Assembly (NCBI GenBank): GCA_951406725.2
Contig: OX597815.1
Span: 187,798,001-187,862,000, forward strand
Direction: 5' to 3'
DNA: 64,000 bases
Origin: Octopus vulgaris
Lineage: Eukaryota
Positions 51,486 to 64,000 of this stretch are shown here, piece by piece. Within the stretch, counting starts at the first letter, position 1, and every line of letters begins with the position of its first letter. The notes under the pieces were generated by a model, which saw only the letters and a program-made list of their open reading frames with translations, was not told the origin of the DNA and made no database searches. The position numbers were made by a program, and so were the translations under genes.

Positions 51486-53757
51486 ATAAAAATAATAAGA
51501 AATTGGAAGTGTTATCATGTACATGTTTTGTTTTGGTATAAAAGATGGGCCACAGCAAATATTCTGCTCAATACCACAGATTTGCTTGTTAGTTCTTTGA
51601 CCTTAACCAGTTGAGCATGTCCCTAAGTGGCTGACAATATGTGCATCTCTGATCATGAGCAGAAGTAGTGGGGGAGCATCATAGCCATGTGTTGAGAGGA
51701 ATTCTTTGTGGTTTGAATAATTCACCTCAGGAAACATGGGTGTTTTGTTCAACATCCTTAAACAACCCTTATTCAGGGACCTTTTGAGTGGGATGGGCTA
51801 CTCAACCTGAAGAAAATTTTAACTGGGTCCCACCTGCAAGGTTATGTACTGTTTATCTTGATATAGGATCACCATGTCGCACACATATAGTTGTAATGCA
51901 TGTGACTAGTGTACCCTTCCTGGGCTTTTGATAAAATGATAATAAATGTTTGCAATATAGGCAAAAGGCCTATATTAAGCTTGGGGTAAGGTGTAGTTAA
52001 TTAGGACAGTGTTCTGTTGTTGACCGGCATTTATTTCATTGATCCTGGAAGGATGAAAGAATAAGCTAAGGCTTGCAGGATTTGAATTGAAAACATAAAG
52101 AGATGTAACTAAACACCACACTGCATTCATTCCAATGCTATACATTTACTGCTGTCTATAATAATAATAATAATAACAACAACAATAGCAATAATAACAA
52201 CATTGATAAAACAAATAGCAATAATAATTGTTCTTTCTTGCTCTCTTTTTATCTCATTTTTACTTTCAATAACGATATATTTTATTAGTTTTTAAGATTT
52301 ATCTGCTTTAGGCAGTTACTTTTTTTTTAATCTATTTTTTCCCTTCAATATTTTATTTGACACTAGTTGTTTTGTCAACATTTAGTGATTCTAAAGCTGA
52401 CAGCTGCTTTTACTTTTTTTTCTTTCCCCCCTTTTGTTTTGTTATTTTCTAAAGAAAATCTGTTATATCTACCTGAATAGGTTTATGAATTTCAGAAATA
52501 AAATAAAAATGTTCTTTTATTTGAAACTATAGCTGTATTGTCTGTTTTATTGAACGAGTTTGTTGTCAAGACTCATACTAAAACGAATGTATCTGATAAA
52601 GAGTGAAAGAATGTTTCTTAGTATTTTCCGTTAATTGATATACGTTTGGTATTTTATGTGAATCATCATGTCAGATTCTCTACGTAGTTTTTACTGGCAG
52701 ATAGAACAACTTTTGTTTCCTAGTATATCAGCTATTTTTAAGTCTCATATGTCTTTGATAATATCTTTAATTTAATTACTTTAATGGTAATAACCATACA
52801 AACTCTTTAAATTGTTTTAACTCATGAAACTGATCATCATTCAGGAAATTTGCATAATTTTCATGTATTTTAGTTTTCTTCCCTCTTAATTTTGAATTGC
52901 CTTTTTTTTTTCTTTTTTCTTAAATATTTTTGTAATATATCTTACGTTTTTCTTGAAATTAGATTTATTAAAATGAAGCAGGAAGCTCATGCATACAATT
53001 TGAGATACAAATTTCTCCTTTAGGAAGAATTGAAACAAGACAAAATTAAGATATATGGAAAAGAAGAAACAATAAATACAGTGTTTTATAACAGATGGGA
53101 AAAATGTGAGATAATTTGAAGAAAATTGGAAAGTAAATGTAAGACAAAATGTACAAATGTAAATGACGTATAGACTCTGAAATGGTGTCAGCATCCTGCG
53201 AAATAGAACTTAAATAAACACATTGCAAATAAATTTAATTACAATAAACATAAAAATATTTGCTAAATCATTCAACTGGAAATTTATCAATTTATCAAAT
53301 ATTTCCATGGACCTGAAATGGTAGACTGCATGACAAAAATGGCTTATATTATTTAAACCTGTCTGCCTATGTTACAAATTCAAACCACACTGGAGCCAAT
53401 TTTGTCTTTTCCTCCATCCATTCAAAGTGCCCCGGTGTATTATTTTTGGTATTAACAGAACCAGTCATACTAACTGCCTCATGAAGCATCAACACCGGAA
53501 GCAAGTGCAAACTTTTCTGTATATTTTCTGATTGAAATGCAAAAAGATATTTTATTCAATTCTCAACTAAACTATGGTACCCAATTAAATAACTATATAT
53601 TATCAGAGACTGACAGAATAAAGTCTAAATTTAAAAAAAAACTAAGTATTGAGTTTGATTTGTTTGATTAAAACCCTTCAAGCCAGTGCCCCAGAATGGT
53701 CTCAGTCCAATGACTGAAACAAGTAAAAGAGAAGATATAGAATAAGAGTATGTAAGC

Positions 53758-55101
53758 CAGTGTTTCTCAACCTTTTTACCCTTGCATAACCCTTAAAATA
53801 AATTAGATGTCTCAAGGAACCCCTGCACAAAAAAAGATTTAAGATTATATAACATATCTTTTTCATTGTAGTTCACATGGTAAACATCATATATATAAAA
53901 TTATAGGCAATAGGAGTGGCTGTGTGGTAAGTAGCTTGCTTACCAACCCACATGGTTCTGGGTTAAGTCCCACTGCATGGCACCTTAGGCAAGGGGTCTT
54001 CTACTATAGCCTCAGGCTGACCAAAGCCTTGTGAGCAGATTTGGTAGACAGAAACTGAAAGAAGCCCATCGTATATATATATATATGTATGTATGTATGT
54101 ATGTGTGTCTGTGTTTGTCTCCCCAGCATGGCTTGACAACCAATGCTGGTGTGTTTACGTCCCACTAACTTAGTAGTTTGGCAAAAGGTACCGATAGGAT
54201 AAGTACTAGGCTTACAAAGAATATCGACTAAAGGTGGTGCTCCAGGATGGCCACAGTCAAATGACCGAAACAAGTAAAAGAATAAAAGTATATATATATA
54301 TAATAATAATTAATAATATCAGGGTAATAAATATTTTAGAAATGTTTACTACCAGTGACCTAGCATGTAAAAAAATTAGTCAATAGACTATATATTATTC
54401 ATATAAATACAGTGTACATTTAAACACATAAGAGGTATCCCTCATAGGATTCTTTTCATGGTAGAAGGCACAGCTAAAGTCCAAACCACTATTAGGGATA
54501 AAAATCTCGAGGGGAATAATAGATGGTAAATGTTTTTATTTTTTCATTCCCTTCGAGTTTTTAATCCCTAATAGTGGTTTGAACTTTAGCTGTTCCTTCT
54601 AGCATGAAAAGAATCCTATGATGGATACCTCTTATGTGCTTAAATGTACACTGTATTGATATGAATAATATTATATAATATATATATATATATAAAATAT
54701 TTAATGAATAATATATATATGTATATATAAAATAATAATAAATAATATATATATGCATATTTTGGTACAGGACATGACCAACTGTGTAAACAACATGAAA
54801 TACATAGACAACGGAAAAAATGGAAAACAGGACAAGTAAACACAGAGAAATGATCCTTCATCTGTTGTTGGCTGTCTATCTACTCCTCATTTCGAGCATT
54901 CAACAACAATATGACAGTTGATATATATACATATATATATATGATATGTTAGATAGGATGATGTCTATATTACAATATTAGAAAAACCAATAATGTTTTG
55001 TGCATGTATAGTAATATTACAATCATGAAATTAGCATTAGCCTATCTCACTCTTTCTTGCAGAACCCTAGGGTTCTGGGAAACCCCGGTTGAGAAACACT
55101 G
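53758..55101. mobile_element. hAT-type MITE expanded by nested SINE and fold-back insertions
   Basis: TIRs CAGTGTTTCTCAACC / GGTTGAGAAACACTG; decayed TSD ATGTAAGC / ATATAAAC. Confidence 0.8.
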
Positions 55102-56347
55102 ATATAAACTAATAAAGGCACAATGAAACATTGCTTGGTTCATTGCCTATACTGTATTCTGGACCATTCCTCCTTTTGAAAGAAAAGTAATCCTTTCTAT
55201 TGAAGGCACAAGGCCTGAAATTTGAGGGAGGGGACTAGTCGATTATATAGACCCCAGTGCATAACTGGTACTTAATTTATCGACCCAGAACCCAGAATGT
55301 AGCAACAGGTGAAATACTGCTAAGCATTTCATCTAGCATGCTAACGATTCTGCCAGTTTGCCACCTTTTCAAAGAAAAATAATGACTTAAAACTGGATTG
55401 TAACATAAAAGGACATACATGTATATATTTCTTTATTGCCCACAAGGGGCTAAACATAGAGGGGACAAGCAAGGACAGACAAATGGATTAAGTCAATTAT
55501 ATCAACCACAGTGCGTAACTGGTACATAATTTATTGACCCCAAAATGATGAAAGGTAAAGTCGACCTCGGCGGAATTTGAACTCAGAACGTAGCAGCAGA
55601 TGAAATACCGCTAACCATTTTGCCCGGTGCGCTAAGGTTTCTGCCAGCATGCCACCTTAAAAGGACATACATGTATAATATGAAGGTGAGTGGTTAGGTA
55701 TATAGTACTTGTGATTGTAAGATTGGGGTTTCAATTCCCAGATTGGCTGTGTGTTGTATTCTTGAACAAAACACTTCATTTCATATTGTTTTAGGCCGGT
55801 CAGCTGTAACTGAATAATCCTGTGATGGAGTGGCCTTGTGAAAAGGGGGAATGTTGGTCTGCTGACCTAACCAGCAGAGTGGCACCATTCTAAAGCTATA
55901 ACAATACAAAGTACATTGTGACCAACAACATATAACAACATCCAAAATGCCTGGTCGATACTGTTATACTGTTAAATATAAAATGTAACAATGTAAAAAA
56001 AAAATAAAAAAGAATAAAAAGAAGTTTAGCAAAGTAAAGAAATAAAAAAAGAAAATTAAAAGAAATATAAGCTTTAAAAAAAATAAATTGAAAAACAAGT
56101 GAATAAAAATTAAAATAGCAATTTCACACACTCAGAGGTTAAACTGCTTTTTTTTTAAAATTATTATCAGTTAACTAGCTAACTAATTAACTAATTGATT
56201 GCTTGACCAATTGTTTGATCACTCAATCGACTGGTTTGTCAGACTCCTTTCATTGTTGTTTGTGACTTCCTCATTGACATGCCTTCACCTGTTCCAGCCA
56301 ATTGATTGCTCAAGCGACTGGTCAAGCAATCAATAAGTTGGACGATG

Positions 56348-56381
<34 letters not shown>

Positions 56382-58454
56382 GAGTGAAATATAACTATTT
56401 CATGGCAAGATGACCCCCAGTAAGACATAACATCTGTTTCAACATATAATTTCTCATCAAGGATCTTGGAAAACGAATATAAAAATAATATGTGTGTGTG
56501 TGTGTGTATGTATGTGTTTGTGTGCACATGTGTTTGAGTGTGTGTGTGTATGTGTGTTTGTATGCATTTGTGTGTGTGTGTATGAGAGAGAAAAAAAAGA
56601 GAGAGAGTTCAAAAATACAAATTAGAAAATTAAATCATTACAACAAAATAAGATGACTAATAATGGTTTCAAATTTTAGCACAGGGCCAGCAATTTTTGA
56701 GGGGAGGGGGAGTTGATTACATCGATGCCAGTGCTTGACGGGTACTTATCTAATTGACCCCAGAAGGATGAAAGGCAAAGAGACCTCAGTGAAAGTTAAA
56801 CACAGAATATAAAAATGGATGAAATGCTGCCAAGCGTTATGCTCAGCTTTCTGATGGTTCTGACAGCCTTGATAAAATAAATAATAATAACCCTTTCTAC
56901 TAAAGGCACAAGGCCTGAAATTTCAGGGGAGGGGACTAGGTGATTACATTGACCCCAGTACACAACTGGTATTTAATTTATCAACCCCGAATGGATGAAA
57001 GGCAAAGCTGACCTCAGCGGAATTTGAACTCAGACAGGCAAAATACCACAGGCAAAATACCGCTAAGCATTCTAATGATTCTGCCAGTTCGCTGCCATAA
57101 TAATAATATTAATCCTTTCTGCTAAAGGTGCAAGGCCTGAAATTTTGGGGGAGGGGACTAGATGATTATATTGACCCCAGTACTTGACTGGTACTTAATT
57201 TATTGACACTGAAAGGATGAAAGGTAAAGTCGACCTCGGTGGAATTTCAACTCAGATTGTAGCGACAGGCGAAATACCTATTTCTTTACTGCTCACAAGA
57301 GGCTACACACAGAGGGGACAAACAAGGACAAAGAGATTAAGTCGATTACATCAACCCCAGCGTGTAACTGGTACTTAATTTATCGACCCTGAAAGGATGA
57401 AAGGCAAAGTCGACCTCGGCAGAATTTGAACTCAGAACGTAGTGGCAGACGAAATACCGCTAAGCATTTCGCCCGGTGTGCTAACGTTTCTGCCAATAAT
57501 AATAATAATGATAATAATATATAAAAGAAGCAGTGCATTTTGTTTACATATCAGTGTTTCCTCTTATGATTTGGTTATGTTGCAAGCATGGTCAAATCCT
57601 GAAGATGTTCACTGCATCATCATGTGGTCCCAGGCACAGAACCAGTGTTCAACATTTGGGCAAATATCTTTTACCAGCGGGTCAAAGGTGAGTGAAATTA
57701 CGTCAAGAGAAACTACAAGGAAACTTCTCAGATGGAGTGTAATTAAAAGGTTCAGCCTTGTTATGTATTGTGTCTTGCTGATGTTACCTGAGAATTACAT
57801 TCATCATCATAGTTTAACATCCGTTTTCCGTGCTAGCACGGGTTGGATGGTTCGACCGGGGTCTGGGAAGCCAGGAGGCTGCACCAGGCCCAGTCTGATC
57901 TGGCAGTGTTTCTACAGCTGGATGCCCTTCCTAACGCCAACAACTCCGTGAGTGTAGTGGGTGCTTTTTACGTGTCACCGGCACAGAAGCCAGTCAAGGT
58001 GGCGCTGGCATCAGCCACGTTCGGATGGTGCTTTTTACGTGCCACCGGCATGCCTACCCACTTACACCTTAACTTAATGAGGAGGTAATACAGTTAATTG
58101 AACAAATGATTGTTAATTAAAAAAAAAAGTTGGGGGAGAGATCAGGTGTACTGTTGGTGAATCTCGGGAAGGAAGGTATGACTGTGATAAGAAGCTTGCT
58201 TCCTGATCACGTGGTTCCAGGTGTGTTCTACTATAGTTATGGGTCGACCAAAGCCTTGTCAGCAGATTTGGCAGTTGGCAGATGGAAACTAAAAGAAGCT
58301 AGTCATATACGTGCATAGATACATACATACACACACACATAAAATAACAAACTGAGGAAAAGAGATCCTTCAAAGAGGTGTTAATAATTATGTTATATAA
58401 TATTATGTTATATTATATTCATAGTATATCATGTAATATCATAATATAAATAAA

Positions 58455-58809
58455 CTAGCAGAGATACCCGGCTTTGCCTGTGTCACATAGAATTGAAGAA
58501 TTAGACTTTCTTTTATATTTTCTCTAATGAACTGGAATACCTACGATTCAAATTTCATTAAAATTGAAGATTAAGAATTTTAATGAGGGTTCTTTCCCTC
58601 TTTACACACCCTAACAAAAATTCTAATAATAACATATCCCATACTACTCATCTTTATGCCCAGATTCCAAAATCCTAATTTTACGAAACCTATTCAAAGG
58701 TTTTTGCACCTGAAAAATGGAGCACATGGAGCTCTAAAATGTTCAGTAGTTTTTTAATCTATAATTAACAAACAAACACACATAAAGACATTGATTTGTA
58801 TATAATAGA
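58455..58809 (-). mobile_element. Non-autonomous Helitron
   Basis: Minus strand reads A|TCTATTATA...CAGGCAAAGCCGGGTATCTCTGCTAG|T: 5' TC, subterminal hairpin, 3' CTAG, inserted between A and T. Confidence 0.75.
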
Positions 58810-58865
58810 TAAAAATATGCACATATACATACATGTGTGTGTGTGTGTGTATTATATATATATAT

Positions 58866-59394
58866 GGTGGCTGCCCCCTCATTATCGAGTATGGCCATTG
58901 CACGAAGCTTAATCAATGTTGTTATCGTGCAATACCTGTGCAAGAAGATTTTTTTTAAAGTGAGGAAAGGCTGTGCACTGAGTCAATCCCACTCACTAAG
59001 CAACAGCAGCCATAATCCAAAAAGAAGAACAAGTCAACATCATCGGTAACCACTGAGCTGCAGGTTTTATGTCGGAGTTATCCCAGTTACCTGAGTTACC
59101 TTCTCCTAGAAGGATGCCCTAACAAAGGCTAGGAGTCCTTCACTCCCAATGGTTTAACTGCGCGATTGGGTATTCAGTCCGATTATTTCTATGTCCCCGT
59201 GCATGATACAGCCTTAAGACATTTATTGGATGGCCATTGACGGGTTTTGTTTTTCATCCCGCAGGGTGACCAATAAACACCCTCCTCACCAAGCAAGCTT
59301 GGTGGGGTTGCTGGTTTAGTCGCTGACGACCCGACCATGCAACAGGTAGTACTGGGTTACATGTTACCAGTAGCACTCGAAAGTGACCTGACAT
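58866..59394 (-). mobile_element. Unclassified, relatively GC-rich, hairpin-rich element inserted in (TA)n; resembles a LINE-derived non-autonomous element
   Basis: Sharp boundaries against TA repeats, CpGs retained, multiple stems (CATGTAAC/GTTGCATG, CACCAAGC/GCTTGGTG). No ORF. Confidence 0.4.
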
Positions 59395-60368
59395 AAATAT
59401 ATATACATACACACACACAGAAAGATAGATTCATAGATACAATTGAGTGGGGAGACAAAATTATGAAACACTGCCTTGAAGAATTTTTTGTCGAATGAAT
59501 CGACCCCAGTGCTTTAATTTAATTTTGATAAGCCTGATACTTATTCTATCAGTCTCTTCTTGTCAAACCAGTAATTTATGGAGATGTAAATAAACCAACA
59601 ACAGTTTTCAAGCAGTGATGAAGGACAAACACACATATATATATATATATATATATATGATTGATTTCTTTCAGTGTCTGTCTTTGAAATCCACTCACAA
59701 GGTTTTGGTTGGTCAGAGACTATAGCAGAAGACACATGCCAAGTTACCACACAGGACCATCTGTTTTAGAACCAAGTTTCTTACCACATAGCCACACTTG
59801 CACATGTGTGTATGTATATATGTATGTATGTATATATATATATATGCATGTATATATGTGTATATGTGTACATATTACATATACATCTATATATATATAT
59901 ATACACACACATATACATACATATTTAAACTTATAAATCTATATATAAACATATGTGCAGATGCATACATATATATATACATAATATGTATGTATATATG
60001 TATGGGTGTATGCCTGTGTATATGTGAGATAATAGTTTCAGTATTAATAGTGAAATTATGAAAGTGAAAGTATCTGACATTACAATAGAGAGATGTTATT
60101 GTTTCACTTTTGACACATAACATTGAAATAGAAGAGATAAGAGATTGCTCTGGGCTCACATTAGGTAAGAAGTTGAAAATTTTTTGTCCCATGACACTAC
60201 ATGGGCCCTAATTAAGGCATGTGTAAAATTTGAATGAAATCAGTTGTGTAATTCTTGAGTTTTAGGGATTCAGGCGTACAAACAGACACACATACACACA
60301 CATTCTCATTTTTATATATATGGATTATTGGATTGTCAATAGTATTTCTCTATTTAACTTATCTTTAT

Positions 60369-60403
<35 letters not shown>

Positions 60404-62308
60404 GTGTGTGTGTTGTTTTTGTATCTGTTTGTCCGCCACCACTGCTTGACAACCAGTGTTGGTTTGGTTACATCCCTGTAACTTAGTGGTTCAGCAAAAG
60501 ATACTGATAGAATAAGAACCAGGCTTTAAAAAAATGTGTGTACTGCAGTCAATTTAGTCAACTAAAAAATTTCCAATGCAATGCCCCAGCCTGGCCTCAG
60601 TCTACTGACTGAGACAAGTAAAAGATAAAAGATATAGGAGTACTATGTCGGTTACGATGACGAGAGTCCCAGCTGATCCAATCAACAGAACAGCTTGCTC
60701 ATGAAATTAACATGCAAGTGGCTGAGCACTCCACAGACATGTGTACCCTTAATGTAGTTCTCAGGGAGATTCAACGTGACACTGAGTGTGACAAAGCTGG
60801 CCCTTTGAAATACAGGTACAACTAATTTTTGCCAGCTGAGTGGACAGGGGCAAAATGAAATAAAGTGTCTTGTTCAAGGACACATCGTGTCACCGGGAAT
60901 CGAACTCTCGACCTTACTATCATGAACCGAACGCCCTAACCACTAAGCCACATGCCTTCACTATATATATGTGTGTGTGCATGCGGTTTGTGTGAATGTG
61001 TGTATTTCATCTTACTACAATTAAGTTAACCTTGACAAATATTGCTTCTAAAGATCTTGGCAATTCATTATCCATGAAATCATAAATAAACAGGAAGATA
61101 TTGACATTAAGCAAATCCCCTCACCATCAGAAATGCTACTGGGTGGATTTAAAAGCAAACAGGGTCATTATCAAGTTTTATGTAACAGAACCAATGTTAA
61201 CAAATACGAACACAACGGAAATCATTTGTTTACTCGCAAATTTTTTTAAACTCATGGAAATAGTTTAGAATTTCACTGATATGTTATAGTAAATTGTTTA
61301 GACATAATTTTCGAGACAAAACGAAGTATTATATTTCAGTTTTATATATAATTGGTACATCGTTAATGATGTGGATTTGTTTCAAATCGTTAACCGGCTT
61401 TTCTCTGAAATACCATTTGGATTAATAGCAATATAATAATAGATTAAATCAAGTGGATAATTACTAAATGAAATGCAATCAATGTCATTGACATTGTTGC
61501 TGTTGTTGTTACTCACATGTATTTCCCCTTGGCATAAATTCAGCATACGCACGTGTGTAACTGTGCAAGCTACTTGTACACAGAGCAAACCATTTCTTTA
61601 AACACGCTTGTAGGGTTTTGCGATTTGGAATTACCGCCAGAGAAGATACGATATTTAAGGTCTGGTTTACAGGATTAAGCTTAAGGGCTGCTTATTTAGA
61701 TTTTTTGGTCTAGATTTTGTGAAGTTAATTTAAGTGCATTTGATCAGAAATACACTGAACAAAGCAGTTGAAATTCTTCAGAGATGTGTTGATATTTCTT
61801 GAAATATATAATTGAGGTAGTCTCTATCTATCTCTCTTATCTTACAACATCAATAAGGATAACAAGAACATGAACCATTATCTTTACTTTTTTACTTGTT
61901 TCAGTCATTTGACTGCGGCCATGCAACTCGACCCCGGGACTTATTCTTTTGTAAGCCCAGTACTTATTCTGTCGGTCTCTTTCGCTGAACCGCTAAGTAA
62001 CGGGGACATAAACACACCAGCATCGGTTGTCAAGCAATGCTAGGGGGACAAACACAGACACAAACACACACACGCATATATATATATATATATACATATA
62101 TACGACAGGCTTCTTTCAGTTTCCGCCTACCAAATCCACTCACAAGGCTTTGGTCGGCCCGAGGCTATAGTAGAAGACACTTGCCCAAGGTGCCACGCAG
62201 TGGGACTGGACCCGGAACCATGTGGTTGGTAAACAAGCTACTTACCACACAGCCACTCCTGCGCCTACATACACACACACACATATATATATATACATAT
62301 ATACATAC

Positions 62309-62361
<53 letters not shown>

Positions 62362-64000
62362 CATACATATACACACACACATATCTCTTTTACTTATTCT
62401 ATTGGTCTCCTTTGCTGAAACGCTAAGTTATGAGGATGTAAATACATCAACATCGGTTGTCAAGCAATGGTGGGGGACAAACAAGGGCACACAAACATAT
62501 ACATACATTCATACATACATATATATATATATATACACACATATAAATGACAGGCTTCTTTCAGTTTCTGCTTACCAAATCCACTCACAAGGCTTTGATC
62601 CGCCCAGAGCTATAGTAGAAGACATTTGCCCAAGGTGCCACGCAGTGGGACTGAACCTGGAACAATGTGGTAGGTAAGCAAGCTACTTACCAAACAGCCA
62701 CTCCTGCACCAATTATATTTTGCTGTAATATAGCCTTAGATAAGATGCCAATTTTCTTACACAAATTACTCACGTAAGCAATGAAACTAATAAATTGAGA
62801 TGTAACAGAAAAATTAATTAACAAATTATTTTTTCAAAATGAAATTTTCATTATTTACTTCTTTTGGTTTTTAGTTTCTGTCAAATGAATTAATTTGAAT
62901 AATAATTCATTAGTAACTTGTTGCTTTAATGAACAATAGGTCTTGTTGCATCCATTTGTTTCATATTTCAGACAATAATGTGTATTAATTACCTGTTCAG
63001 GTCTTCATTTAACCATTCACGGGATGCATAAAGTTAAAAAAAAAAAACACTAGTATTTTTAGCCTGAATAAAACAGGGCAAATGAATGGTGTCGACGATG
63101 GCAGCTAGATTTTAAAATAATTAAAGATGGTGAATTGGCAGAGTCATCTGAACATAAGACACACTACTCGCAGCATTTATTTTCACGTCTTGCTTTTTGC
63201 TGATCAAATCATGTCAAAATCAACCTTGCTCTTTAACCTTCTGGGGGCAATAAATAAAGTAACTTGAAGGTGGCAAGCTGGCAGAATCGTTAGCATGCCG
63301 GACAAAATGCTTAGTGGTATTTCGTCTGCCACTACGTTCTGAGTTCAAATTCCGCCAAGGTTGACTTTGCCTTTCATCCTTTTGGGGTCAATTAAAATAA
63401 GTACCAGTTATGCACTGGGGGTCAATATAATTGACTTAATCCGTTTGTCTGTCCTTGTTTCTCCTCTCTGTGTTTAGCCCCTTGTGGGTAGTAAAGAAAT
63501 AGGTATTTTGTCTCCTGTTATGTTCTGACTTCAAATTCTGCTAAGATCAACTTTGCCTTTTCATCCTTTCGATAAATTAAGAACCAGTTGCATACTGGGG
63601 TCGATCTAATTGACTGGTCCTCCTCTCCAGAGTAGAAACGATTATAGTAAGGAGGCAAGCTGACAGAAATGTTAGCATGCCGGGAAACATACTTAGCGGT
63701 AATTCGTCTGTCTTTATGTTCCGAATTCAAATTCCGCCAAGGTCATCTTTGCCTTTCATCCTTTCAGGGTCGATAAATTAAGTACCAGTTGTGTACTGAG
63801 ATCAATCTAATTGACTGGCCCCTTCCCCAAAAATTTTGGGCCTTGTGCTTAGAGAGAAAAGAATATTCAAGGTGGTGAGCTGGCAGAAATGTTAGCATGC
63901 CAAGCGAAATACTTAGTGGTATTTCATCTGCCTTTATGTTCTGAGATAAAATTCCGCCTAGATCGACCTTGCCTTTCATCCTTTAGAAGTACCAGTTGTG

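Noticed and set aside
51505-51925. Repeat-like block of higher GC content
   Set aside because: Single occurrence in the window with no termini, TSD or coding motif that would allow classification.
54770-54920. Degenerate hammerhead-like CAGATGA on the minus strand
   Set aside because: The core is mutated and there is no stem II, GAAA or UH partner in the correct order.
59300-59394. Possible HDV-like or twister ribozyme at the minus-strand 5' end of the 58866-59394 element
   Set aside because: Manual folding gave candidate P2/P4 and a CUAA junction, but P3/L3 was too long for an HDV-like fold and the twister core motifs were absent.

Overview
AT-rich, repeat-dominated eukaryotic DNA with no intact protein-coding gene that I can support. 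The SINE, LINE and microsatellite content looks like an octopus (coleoid cephalopod) genome; this is an inference from family resemblance. The window holds dozens of tRNA-headed SINEs from at least three families and 5'-truncated LINE ends (RTE, CR1-like, R4/Dong-like). It also has decayed Tc1/mariner transposons (DD37D-like, DD41D, DD35D), hAT, piggyBac-like and Tigger-like MITEs, Helitron-like elements and Penelope-like element (PLE) remnants, mostly in AT-rich or (TA)n context. Most notable: (1) an intact minimal type-I hammerhead ribozyme with an unusually long stem II at 41008-41096; (2) several long fold-back hairpins of PLE type, one family carrying a possible U3-A8 variant hammerhead; (3) a PLE GIY-YIG remnant with an in-frame UGA exactly at a conserved Cys; (4) tandem arrays of a compact H-type pseudoknot motif in RTE 3'UTRs; (5) a SINE subfamily whose tail variant tracks its insertion junction; (6) non-repetitive islands that read like decayed, intronless coding DNA, possibly a fossil large DNA virus (speculative). 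All coordinates and translations were read by eye, so element ends may be off by a few bases.
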